Shown one piece after another: positions 1 through 11,940 of a stretch of DNA of 60,000 bases. This stretch comes from Vicugna vicugna. Its lineage: Eukaryota. Position 1 is the first letter of the stretch. Each line of letters starts with the position of its first letter. The notes under the pieces are model-generated. The model was not told where the DNA came from. It did not search any database and worked only from the letters and a program-made list of their open reading frames with translations. Position numbers and translations under genes: made by a program. The stretch is taken from NCBI GenBank assembly GCA_013265495.1, contig MU057560.1, forward strand, positions 2,852,909-2,912,908. The letters run 5' to 3'.

Positions 1-774
1 CCTGTACTCACTGTCCACGCGGAGCAGAGGCCAGAGCCCCCCAGCACGGAGTGCTGCCGGAGGCGCCAGAAGGTTCTAGGCCTTCACACACTAATGGGAA
101 GGAAGCCGGGGGCCTCTCAGGACAAGATACCAGGTGCGTTATAAAGAGGCCCCTGAGAATAACACAGCGACTGCTCCCAGGGCGGTGTTGTCCCCTCTGG
201 GTGTCCTCCCGACAGTGAGGAGCCGGGCCCGGGGCACACGCTGTCCCCGCCCCTACGCCGGGAGCCCCTGTTGCAGAGCACGGGGTCCAAGCCCACACTC
301 AGCGATGGCACCGATCTCCTGGGGATAGCAGGGGCAATGTCAGCGAGATGAGGTGGCTCTCGCCTCCGGACGTGGCCCGGCGTCTGTGAGCTTGTGCGAC
401 CTGTGATCAAGCTGATGGTGGTTTCGGTTCGTGTCCCACTTGTAGGTTGTTAAGTTCCACAGCTCTGTTACGCCTGGAGGAGTCGGCACCGCCTGTTCCT
501 CCTCGGTCACCTTAAACGTAACGGGAATACAGAGCAGCAGCCCTGAAGGCACACTGGGGCCCCACTGACCACGTGCCTCAGACCGTCTGCAGCTCATCTC
601 TCAAGCAGCAGCAGGACACCTGACCCGCCCCCTCCCCGGGAGTCGCGGAACTTGAACGTGCAGCATACAGAGCACATGCGGAACGTGGATATGCCGTTAT
701 TTACTGTCCTCATTCCCAAGTGCTAGAAAGAAGGCTTATTTAAAATAACTTCACACAATCAGCTTTTATTTATG

Positions 775-920
775 TATGTATTCATTTCACACATGTCTGT
801 TGAGCACCTGCTGGGGCCCGGGCACCGTTCTAGACTTCGGGACTCAGAAGTAGGTTACGTAGCGAAGTCTCTGCCCTAAAGGAGTGTCATTTTTCAGTGG
901 AGGAAGACAGAAAATAAATG
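775..920 (-). mobile_element. L2 LINE 3'-end relic
   Basis: ttcatttcacacatgtctgttgagcacctgct..gggcaccgttctag..ctctgccct..ggag is the typical antisense L2 tail. Confidence 0.6.
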
Positions 921-929
921 CAGAAACAA

Positions 930-2312
930 ATTTATGACCCATAAAGGGAAGTTTGATAAATTAGACTTCAGAAAAATTAAAACCTGTGCTGCTAATATAC
1001 CCTCAGGCATAAAAGACGAGCCACTAAACGGGAAAAATGCCTGCAAACCACATTTTCAGCAGAAGGCCAGTGTCTAAAATGTACCTGAGCTCTCAGAATT
1101 GAACAATAAAGAAAAAACCCAGTTAGAAAAGGGGCAAAAGACACACATTGACTGCAGAGGACACACAGACGGCAAATAGCACATGAACAGACGTTGAGCA
1201 CAGAGGATGCACGGACAACAAACAGCACATGGACAGATGCTGGCGTCGTTGGCCGTCAGGGGAAGAAGGTGGGTTCAAACCACAATGAGGCACCACCACG
1301 TACCTATTAGAATGGCAAAAGCGAAGATGGTGACAACGAATGTTTATAGCAGCTTTGTTCGTAACAGCCCCAAACTGCAAACAGCGCCGATGCCCTTCAG
1401 CAGATGAACGGTCAAAAAGTGTGGTCCGTTGCATCGCGGAAACCCTCAGCAATAAACGCACCGAGTGTTGACACACATGACAACCTGGTTGGCCCTTCAA
1501 AGAATTAGTCTGAGTGAGAAAAGCCAACCCACGCAAGGTTGCAGACTGCATGGTTGCATTTAGAAGCCGTTCTTATTGTTACTGAGATGTCATACAACGC
1601 TACGCAAGCTTCAGGTGTGATGTTATAATGCTTGTGTACCTGTACGCTGCAAAATGATCACCGCAGTCAGTCGAGTGAACATCGTCACCAGAGTTACAAA
1701 TTTCTGCGTGTGTGATGAGCTCTTAAGGTCCACTCACCTAGCAACTTTCAGGTATACAATACAGCGTTAGAAATTACGGCCACCATGTTGATTATGACAT
1801 GCCCACGACTTACATATCTTACAGCTGAAGTTTGGAGTTTTTGACCCCCTCACTCATCTGGCTAACCCTCCTCCATCCCCACCCCGCCTCTGGAAACCAG
1901 CAGGCTGTTCTCTGTGCTGTAGAACATTCTCAAAATGACAACATTATAGAAACGGAGGGCAGATTGGTGGCTGCAGGGAGCAAGTGGACGTGGTTACACA
2001 GGGGCAGCGTGGCCCTCGTGGTGATGGGCATTCTGTGTCTTGGCTCTGGCGGGGCACGCGTGGACACACCCAGCAATGAAATCACCTGCAGGTAAACACA
2101 CACAAGCACATGAGGACAAGCAAACCCGGGCGGTCTGAGCAAGGTCAGTGGGGTGAGTTGTGAGTCGGTGTCAATGTCCTGGTTGTGATGATCCATGTCT
2201 TGGAGTCTGGGGAGACGTTGGTACTGGAGGTTCTGGTTCAAGGGCACAGAAGGTCTCTTCTTTCTTCCAGCTGCATGTGCATCACACTTAACCTCAAAAG
2301 GAACAGCTTAAA
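930..2312 (+). mobile_element. Old L1 (L1MC/L1MD-like) ORF2 end and 3' UTR, interrupted at ~1575-1915
   Basis: ttgataaattagacttca..aaattaaaacc, caaaccacaatgagg..cacgtacctattagaatggc, aatgtttatagcagctttgttcgtaacagccccaaactg; resumes at aacattctcaaaatgacaacattatagaaac. Confidence 0.85.
1575..1915 (-). mobile_element. Younger L1 3' end (L1MA-like) nested antisense in the older L1
   Basis: gcaaaatgatcacc..cttaaggtccactcacctagcaactttcaggtatacaatacagcgtt..tttttgacc..cctctggaaacca are antisense L1MA 3'-UTR motifs. Confidence 0.8.
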
Positions 2313-3785
2313 GCAAAGAAACACGTGTAACATGACTTCACAGAGTGACAGATGTCACACAGCACGCCCTGTGGGTTCCCTGAGTGACGGTGGGTGAGAG
2401 GGTGCCAGCAGAGCTGTAGGTGAGGACGGCATGTGGGTGTGGCTCCCGCTCTGCCTGTGTCATCTCTGTGATTTGTGCTTTGCAACTAAGCTACCCGCTA
2501 AACACTCCATTTAAGAGCTCATCCTGGGAATTCCATTATCAATCATCACAAGCAGTGTATGTGGTAGGAAGCTGTAAGCAGCCAGAACAACAGGCACGTA
2601 ACCCTCCGTCCGGTACCCGAGCAACCGGGACAAGATCATGTCACTGGCGGGGCTCACCCGCCAGGAGGTGGTTCTGTGAGCTCCTGCAGAGTGAGAGGTG
2701 CTTCGTGAAAAGAACAATCTGCTCAGTTTCTTTCATTTTATTTTTTTAAATTCTGCCTTAAAGAAGAAACTTCTTTTTTACATCTCAGTTATCTTAAATC
2801 AGAATATATATACATTTAGTAAGGAACATCAGATACCCTTCAAGGGCACGTGGTCTGCAATCCGTGTGACAGTGAGTTTTAATCCACGTCTGATAAATGA
2901 CTCCAGGGTGAAAATTCCTCTCGCAGAAGAGGCGTGTTTCTTGCTGACAGTCTCCCTAACGTCCTGTCTTCCAAGACGGGGCAGAGCTCTCGCGCTGGTG
3001 GGCGTGCCCGCCCCCGTGCTGAGGGAGGCGGGACGGGGTCCGCCCCCTGTCAGGGCGCAGGGGAGGGCAGACACGGCGGTATTTGGAGGAGCAGCTTCCT
3101 GTCCACAAAGCTCTATTTTCCAGCCCCTTCTCACCCGAATGGGAGCCTGTCACCCTCCTGCCTGTTTGCAGCCGTGTCTGTCGTGGCCGCACCACAGCCC
3201 ACCCCTCGGGGCGAGCCCCAGGGTCGTGCTCCTCCCCACCGGCCAGGGCCCTGGAGGACTCCCCAGAACGAAGGCGAACCATGCGATGAGTCCATGGAAC
3301 TTTGTGGAATGCCTCAAGTGACAGAGGTGGATTCCTAGGATGACAGAAGAGCAAAACATTGTGTAAATGAATATTGCAACATTTCATTAACATGATTTTT
3401 TAGCAGAGTGTTGGCAGTACCTCGGATGGAGGGGCTTTGATCATTAAGATCTGATCCTGTTCGTGTATTTTTCAGTCACTTAATTGTTTTGCTTTGCGTG
3501 GGTTTATTTATAAGATTTATTTAAGTTTTTCTATTTGATGTTCTTCATATGAGAATTAAGATGCATTTTCATAAAACCACTATATTGAATACCGTCCAGG
3601 CCATTCTTAGCCAATTTAGGAATATAATGTCTCAGAACATACTCAGCATAACTGTACCCACTATGTAAATACTCATCACAGAAGATCAGGCATAAAGGCC
3701 ATTTTAAGCACTACATTTGGTTGTTGCTCGGTAGTTACAACAAATAAAAATTTTTGATTATTACTTAAGAGATTGTCTTTTGTTT

Positions 3786-4110
3786 TCCTTTTTTTTACAT
3801 TTTTTATGGAGTTATAGTCATTTTACAATGTTGTGTCTAATTCCAGTGTAGAGCACAGTTTTTCAGTTATATGTGAACATACATGTATTCATTGTCACAT
3901 TTTTTTTCGCTGTGAGCCACCACAAGATCTTGTATATATTTCCCTGTGCTACACCATGTAATCTCGTTTATCTGTTCTAGATATGCCTGTCAGTACCTGC
4001 AAATTTTGAAATCCCAGTCTGTCCCTTCCCACCCCCCGCCCCCTTGGCAACCACAAGTTGTATTCTATGTCTATGAGTCTGTTTCTGTTTTGTATTTTGT
4101 TCTTTTTTTT
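3786..4110 (-). mobile_element. Lineage-specific (camelid-type) L1 3' end
   Basis: T-tract, then ttatagtcattttacaatgttgtgtc..tttccctgtgctaca..cccttggcaaccacaagtt..tctatgagtctgtttctgttttgta. Confidence 0.88.
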
Positions 4111-5289
4111 AAATTGGCAAATAGCATGTCCTTGTAAACCTTTCATACGGAAAGGACTATAGCTTAGTCACTGTCCTTTGACAGAGAAGGACAGACTGAA
4201 AACACACATGACAGTCGATGACGGTACAACCTACCTACAGATGTGTGGATGCACTATACGTGCCTCGCTAATTACCTTCTAAGTATTTCATGCTGTCAGT
4301 ATTTTTCAGATGTGATCAAAACAGCGCTTGCACTTTGTTTTGTGAGAATGTATTTACAGTTTTGTGTAATCTTGTATCACAAGCAGCCGTTTAGTTTTCT
4401 AAAGGGAGTTTTGTCCGAGGGGTCGTCGATCAGTCACTGATCAGGAGTCATAGGTCAGAAATCAGTCAGCTGTGGTATTGTCTCCATGTCCCTCCCTGGA
4501 GTGTCTCCGAGAGTCCGCGCCCCCAGCCGGGGTGTCACTACCCCTCTCTCCTCAAGGGCGCACCTCCCTGGTGGCCACACCCCTCAGGTGGGACCTGCAC
4601 AGTATGGAAGCCAACCTCGCGTCTTTCCCTTTTGTTCTTCTCTAGAGCGGCTGCATCTCGTGGAAGAGGGAAAAACATGTAGTCGTCAAATCCAGCCAAG
4701 TGTTTGTGTCTCTGACATTGTCAACGGCGTTGGGTCAAGAGAGGTTCTGGGCGGTCCCCAGACGGATGGCTGTCCAAGGAGCAACTTAAAGGTAAGGTCT
4801 GTGTCACACTGTAGGCTCTCGGTGCAGACATACGGTTTCCATATTTCCTTAGCATGGATTTGCAAAGCATAAAGACAGGTTTGTCAACGGAGGGTTTTGT
4901 ATTTGGTAAAGAGGACAACTTCCCTTAATTTTAATAAACACACAGCGTGAAGTCAGAATTTATCATCTGTTGCTAAACACGGGCTCAAGTAGTCTTCTCT
5001 TATCCAACTGCATGACCCCCAGAATAAGCTCATGGCCACATTCATCTCTGGCAGTTGTACAGACCTGCTTCGTTCGTACTAACTCCTTTAAAGTCAGACA
5101 TCTGTTTCTACTGCTGGTCTGTTTAGGGACTCTGTCTTTAAGGAAATTCAGCGCGTTTTTCATCAGGGCTCATTTGCATAGCCCAAGGTCCTCCCAGGTT
5201 GCTGTCAATTACTTGGGTAAGCCTCCCTCCAGGACCTCCAGAGCCACGCTCCTTGCAAACCTCAGGTTATAGCTGATTTTATTTTCCAA

Positions 5290-6885
5290 GAATTTCAAAA
5301 ATTCTGCTAAAATATATGCAGCATAAAACTTACCACCTTCACCATTTTTAAGCCTACAGTTCTGTAACATCAAGTACACTTACATAGCCGTGTGGCCGGC
5401 CTCACCACCCATCTCCAGAACTGCCTTCATCTTCCAAAATTACAGCTCTGTACCTTAAGCAGTCACTCTCCACGTCCCCCCACCCGCCCCAGCTTCAGGC
5501 AACCATGATCCCACTTTCTGTCTCTATGAATTTGACTGTGCCAGGCATCTCACATGAGTGGACTCATACAGTATTTGTCCTTTAATGACCGGCTTATTGC
5601 ACAAGCATAGTGTCGTCAAGGTTCATCTGTGTTGTGGCAGGTGCTGGAATTTCCTTCCTTTTTGAGATCAAATAACATTCCATGATATGTCTAGACCACA
5701 TTTTCTTTATCCACTTTCCATAAATGGCCACCTCTGGGCTGTTGTGAATGCTGTGCTGTGAACACCGCGATGAACATGGGTGTGCAAATATGTTTTTGAA
5801 TCCCCACATTGAGTTCTACTGAATATACCCAGATGTGGAATTGTGTGATCCTGTGTTACCTCTAATTTTTTAAGGAACCTCCATGCTGTTGTCAGTCATG
5901 GCTGCACCGCCTTACATTTCCACCAACGCTGCACAAGGGTTTCCGTTTCTCCGCGTCCTCACCAACACTCGTTCATGTTCAGTAACAGCCGTCCAAATGA
6001 GGGTGGAGTGGGATCGTATTGTGGTTTTGGCTTGTATTTCTCTAGCGATCAGTGATGTCGAGTGGCTTTTCATGTACTTATTGGCCATTTGTGTGTCTTC
6101 TTTGGATAATCGTCTGTTCAAGCCCATTGCCTTAACCCAGTTGTCTTATTGGCATTGTTGGGCTGTAGGGGTTGTTCATATATCCTGGATATTAAGCCCT
6201 TATTAGGTAAGTGATCTGCAAGTATTTTCTCCTACTCTGTGGTTTATCTTTTCATTTGGTTGCTAGTGTCCTTTGATGCACAAAAGTTCTTAATTTTGAC
6301 ATAGTCTCGTTTATCTATTTTCCCTTTGTTGCCTGTGTTTTGGGTATCATATCCAAGAAATTGTTGCCAAATCAAATATCATAAAGATTTTTCTATGTAT
6401 TTTCTTCTAAGAGTTGTATAGCTTTAGCTCTTATGTTTAGTTCTGAGTTTTGGTCCATTTTGTGTTACTTTTTGTATATGGTATAAGTTAAGGTTCCAAC
6501 TTCATTCTTCTGCATGTAGATACAGTTTTCCCAGCACCATTTGTGAAAAGGCTGCCTTTTCTCTGTTGAATGCTCATGGTGCCCTTGTCAGAAATGATTT
6601 GACCATATATGCAAGGGTTTATTCAGAGGCTGTCTTCTATTCCACTTGGTCTGCATATCTGCCTTCATGCCAGTGCTGTGCCGTTTTGATTCCTGTAGCT
6701 TTGTAGTGAGTTTTGAAATCAAGATTTATGAAACTTTCAAATTTGTTTTAATTTTTCAAGATTGTTTTGTCTGTTGGAGGGGGTTTCTTGAGATTCCATA
6801 TAAATTTTAGGATGGATCTTTCTATTTCTGCAAAAAACGGCCATGAGGTTTTGATGGGGATTGTATTGAATCTATAATTGCATGG
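5290..6885 (-). mobile_element. L1 (L1MA/MB-like) 3' UTR plus ORF2 C-terminal relic
   Basis: Minus-strand ORF 5912-6127 (LNRRLSKEDTQMANKYMKSHSTSLIAREIQAKTT) resembles L1 ORF2p; classic ttcccagcaccatttgtgaaa and gggattgtattgaatctata motifs. Confidence 0.93.
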
Positions 6886-7799
6886 CTAAGGTTCTTAAAC
6901 AAGAAGAGAGATTTCCATGCTTTATTGTAGTGAGTTCCCCTATCCAATATGAGCATGTACCATTACTTTAAATAATTTTTTTCAGTGTGAAAAAATTCAG
7001 AGTTTATTTTATCTTTTCTGATCCTGGTTTGGTGAAAAATAAGCAATTATATAGGAATGTTAAATACACAGCTTCACAAAAATCTGCACTGAGGATGAAG
7101 ATACAGTTTCTGTTGAATTTCTTAAAACTAAGAATTCAGAAATCAGAAGTTCCTTAGTAGAAGACCACCAGTGTCACCGAAGGTCAGCTTGTCTGGCAGT
7201 CAGAAGTTCTTTATGCATCACGAGAGGCTAGAAGACAGAAAACCTTAGGTATCGTGGGGCATCCTCCAAGACCACAGTCAGTATTAATGACGTGGAGACA
7301 CACAGCATGTTTGAATGTGTGATTGATCAGCCTCCAGCGTCATTTCTGAAATAACAGAACTTACCGATGATTGAACCCTGCCAAACACGCCAGCACCGGG
7401 CAAGAGCTAAATTCCTCCCAGCGCCGCAGGTCTGCGTGATTATTCTTCCCACTTCACGGCGCAGTAAAGGGAGGGTGAGACAACTTGAGATGCTGTCTGC
7501 GCTGTGACAAGCTACGCTGAGATGCTAGGATGACGTAATTAATAAGACAGAGGTGGCCTTCAGTGGGACAGAAAGGAACTTTGTCTAGAGATCTACATTT
7601 GACACAAGTCACTAATTCCAAGGAGCCTTCAAATTTCCGTCCTTAATCCAAGTCTATTTCCAAGCCGCATAAAACTACTCAGAAGTTAGCAGAAGAGACA
7701 CGGCAGCAAAGTGCCCATAGGGGAGGCTTTGTCCACAGCTGCCCCTTCCTGCCATCAGCACCAAGGAATAAATGTGTGCAAGTCAGTTTTTCCATCCTC

Positions 7800-7905
7800 T
7801 TCCCTTTTGTTCAACACTGTTGAGTATCTGTTTTGTGCCATGAACTCTTCTAGACCCTGGAGGTATAAAATGAGTGAGGCACGGGGTCACTGTCCCTAAA
7901 GGGTC
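7800..7905 (-). mobile_element. L2 3'-end relic
   Basis: ttcaacactgttgagtatctgttttgtgcca..ctagaccctggaggtataaaatgagtgag. Confidence 0.55.
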
Positions 7906-9164
7906 CCCAAGGTGTGGTAAGGACCGTGGGGAAATAGGCCCATAAGGTCCTCTCTTCAGCGCAGAGCACGTGCGCGGCTCCTCTCGGTGTTCCAGAGCTG
8001 AGCCAGCTCCCTGGCCCCGGTAAGCGGCTCATTCACTTCTCCCAGTATCAGCAGAGGTCTGGGGAAAATGATTTAGGAAGAGAAAGAAGAGATGGTAACT
8101 CTGATTTGAGAGGGCAGAGGTGTCTTTGAGAGGAAGTGACCCCAGGGTAGTGCATTAAATGGACAGAGCTGGGAACAGCTTCGCATAGTAACACGGGGAA
8201 AAACATGAAACCCAGAGACAAACTCAAGGCACAGACACAGACGCCAGCCACTCGGCAGGTGCGGCTGCTCACTAGGACAAGGGACTCACTCCTCCCAGCT
8301 TGGGGTTCATGTTCCCAAAACAAGCATGACTCCTGAGGTCCAGGAGAGACTGTCAGGCGGCGCCACCCCCGACCCTTCCTGATGGAGTGTGTGGCCTGGT
8401 CCAGCCCGGGCTCTCTGTCCCAGGGATCGGTTGCCAATGCTCTCACCGTCTGCCCACCACCTTGCTGCCCCCCGTGGCCCCCATGACTGTGGTCGACTGT
8501 CCAGACCCTGCCTCGGCTGCTGCTCTGCAGGCATCTGAACTAAAGATCCCAGGACTGCTCCTCTGCTGGTTCCACCCTTTGGATGACAACTCGAAGCCAG
8601 AAGGAGGCAGTGGACGGGAGCGCAGCACCGTCGGCCAAGGCTGGACACGCAGGGCTGAACACAGCCCTGTCCTGCAGCTCTTCCTCCCCCATGAGCCCCC
8701 CGGCCCCCGTGAGCCGTACTTCCTGTCCGCAGCCCCTGGCTTCCCTTAGCATCCCCAGTGAAGAAGGACTTCGGGGCTTGCTCTGCAGGAGAATAAAAGT
8801 GCCGTAGAACGGGACTTCACTTTGGGGCACCTTCTGTCCCGGTGTGTCCCACTTAGCTGCCGTGACGCCAGGCCTGAGCACCTGTGGCGTCCCTGAGATG
8901 GCCCTCAAGGAGATCCAGTTTCCCCTGAACCAGAGCCAAGGAGAAACTCACACTGCCATCCAATCCCCACGCTAAAGAGCTCACTCAAAATAAAATCAGT
9001 GTCTGTTTCCCGAAAACTTTGCGAATTGTGTTCTGAATGGGGACCATTTTAAAGAAAAGTGTGTCCTGTGCCCAGGAGGAATCTGCTGAAACGGCTCCAA
9101 CTGCATAAATCCGTGTTCTTTGACCCTTTGAAACGGATTTATTTAAAACAGCTGACAAATACCA

Positions 9165-9300
9165 TTAGTTTCGATCTAGCCCTGCCAATTACCACTTATA
9201 TCCCTTTGGGCAAATCCCCTCAAAGTCTTAACTTCCATGTTCTGTAAAACAGGGATAAAGGGCTCGATAAAATGGGATGGATTACAGGAAAATAATGTAA
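9165..9300 (+). mobile_element. MIR SINE
   Basis: ccctgccaattacc..ctttgggcaaatcccctcaa..aacttccatgttctgtaaaacagggataa matches the MIR core. Confidence 0.6.
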
Positions 9301-11439
9301 ACCACAAATGGCGGTGACAGTAGCTAAGCGTTAAATCGAGGGTCCACGACACACCCGCCCCGCCCCCACCCCCAGCGAGTCCCCAGAACACCCTGTGTTC
9401 TGCGTCTTGTCCAGATAGTTACCTGTAACGTGCATCAGAGGAAACGAGTCTGCAGGGAAGGTGGGTAAGTCGTCCAGCGTTGTGCAGTGAATGGCACGGA
9501 CGGAATTCACACCTGGGCGGGCGTTTTGGCTCCTGGCAGCACCCTTCAGCTCGGGGTGCTTCTGCCACGTCCCCAGGGCTGTGCGCACATCACACGTGGC
9601 CCTCCTGTGTCTCTTCCACGTACATTCACCGCGGATATCATCTATGTGTGCATGTGAAGTATTGTGCATCTATGCACACGGACACACCGAGAATTCGCCA
9701 ACCTCCCGGATCGCCCCTAAACCTCAGGGTTTTGCCTAAAGGTGCCGGGCCGCGAATACAATTCTGCTGTTGGCACGCTGGTACAGCCTCCCCCGGAAAA
9801 CAGCCCGCCGTTCTGAGTCGTGTCTTGTCAAGATTGCCCCCAACTCAGGACGTAATGCGTGAGCCATCAGTGTGGCTTAAGTCATCATTACAACTCGGTT
9901 TACCTGCCCTGGTAGCGATGTTTATTCAGTGTGATGTTATAAAATGGTATGGATAGTGAAAAATGAATAAATGAAAGGGTTTGAGCCTTTTGATTTTTTT
10001 TCTGTAATTTAGCTCAAGAAATAGTGGAAATTTGCATTTTTCATGACTCATCTCGAAGGCTTGGATCACTGCTCTCTTGGAAAGTGAGATACAAATTACT
10101 AACCCCTCTCTCCTCCCCGAGGGTGTGAAGGAAACTGCAAAGCGTGGCATTTCCTCCCTCCCAGCAGAGAAGCACCACCTCAGTCGGGGGCGTTCTGATT
10201 GCAGCAAAGCTGGGAAGTAGGTGAGGCCGTGTGGGACCCTGGTTACCCCGGTGACATGGAGGGCCCAGCGTGCCAGATGCTGGGAAGGCCCCTGGGGGGA
10301 CGGAGCTCGCCGGAGAGGAGCGGCTCTTGGCTCAGGGGAGGGTCCTGCTGCCGTGAGTGAGGTCGGCCCCACGGCCACCTGCACCGTGACCTGCCGCCCT
10401 CACTCGTGGGTGACCGTGAGGCGGAAGGCCCCAGCAGTACCTGAAACCCCAGGTCCGTGAAGGCTTCAGGGCGACGTTTCAGAGTTGGAATGCCCTTTCC
10501 TCTGGTTCCCCTGGGAGCAGGACTAGCGAAGCTTCACGAGCCAAAGATGCCGAGAGAGCACAGTGCTTCGCTGAAGGCGTCTGGTCAACCCCGGGCAGCT
10601 CCGGCAGCCCCGACCCCATCAGGACCGCGTTGTAAGTTTCGAGGCGGGAGGGTCGCAGTAGTGAGGCGCTGAAGTCGCCACTGAGGTGACTGGTACCAAG
10701 AGTTCTGACCGTTGGTGCACGCCCCCGCGGCCGAGTGTGCTCGGGACAACCTCGCGCTCACAGCAGGGACCCGGGCAGACTCCCTGCGGAGGCGCAAAGT
10801 GCGGCGTCAGCTGAAAGTCTGTGCCTGGTGAGAGGTGTGTCCCGACGTCGTGCTGTGGGGAGGTTTTGGCTGAATGCTGACTTTGTTTACCATTTTCATA
10901 TTTCCTCCTTAATAATAGTTTACGTTCTTTCCTTGGGTCCAAGTGTGTGTTTGACAAAAAGGCCGTGCACCATTATGTTTATAACAACCTGCCGTCATTG
11001 GTACGTTTGGAGCCGCACATTCTGCTGAAATAACTAGTAACGTCTCCCACTTAAGCTTCGATCATTAAACCTCTTCATCTGCTGACGTCAACAGTTCCTT
11101 CTACGTGGCGTCAGTGGAATTTTTATCATAAGAAAGTAGCATGTTGACCTGTTAAATTTCCTTCCAAGCAGTGGAAACCTGTCGCGTGACTCAGTAGATC
11201 AGCCTTGCGCAGCGTCTGCCGGAGCAGCGGTATTTAGTGGTGCATCATCTTTGTCCTCGCGCCTAGAAGAGTGATCTCAAGCAGCCACGTTGCGTTGAAG
11301 CTTCTAGGACAGCTGTTGGAAGCAGGTGTATTTTTTCCTCTCCGGAGAGGAAATACAGTTATTAGCCTTGTGACGTATTCTCGTCTGACCGAGCACGTGG
11401 CGAGCGTGGCCTCTGCAGAGAGGCCGCAGGTCCTGTGAC

Positions 11440-11580
11440 CAGGGTGACCGCGGACCAGCCGTCGTCTCTGTGGGCCTCCGTTTCCCTCTCTGGCGCCAGG
11501 AATAATCACACGGTCTTTACCTTGGGGGGTCGAGGTGAGGACCGGAAGCATGAAGTGGCGTCTGTCACATAGTAAGCGTC
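11440..11580 (+). mobile_element. MIR SINE
   Basis: gtgaccgcggacc..ctctgtgggcctccgtttccctctctgg..ggaataatcac..cacatagtaagcg. Confidence 0.6.
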
Positions 11581-11714
11581 CGAGGAGAGCGGGCTGTGGC
11601 CAGACCGCAGCACGTCGGTGAGCGGAACAAAAAGAACATTTCTGCCCTCTCCTCTTTGACTTGAAGCGGCACGCTAAGGCTCACCGTGGCTTCTTAGGAA
11701 AAAAAATACAAAAA

Positions 11715-11940
11715 ACACACATTATAGGCTTGTTTGTAAGAGCAGGATTTGGGAAACAACTTAACTCTTCGTCCATTAAAGACCGGCTGAATAAATTATG
11801 TTGTATTCCTGCAATAGAACACTATAAATTATCTCTTTTCAAAGAGGGAGCTTGTATGAACTTGGCCCAGCACGTGCTGTGAAATGAGAACTCACAGGGT
11901 ACAGAGTCACATGTGCCGCGTCACCATCTGTATATTCCGA
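11715..11940 (+). mobile_element. Ancient L1 (L1ME-like) 3' fragment
   Basis: ttgtttgtaagagc..gggaaacaacttaa..gtccattaaagaccggctgaataaattatg. Confidence 0.6.
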
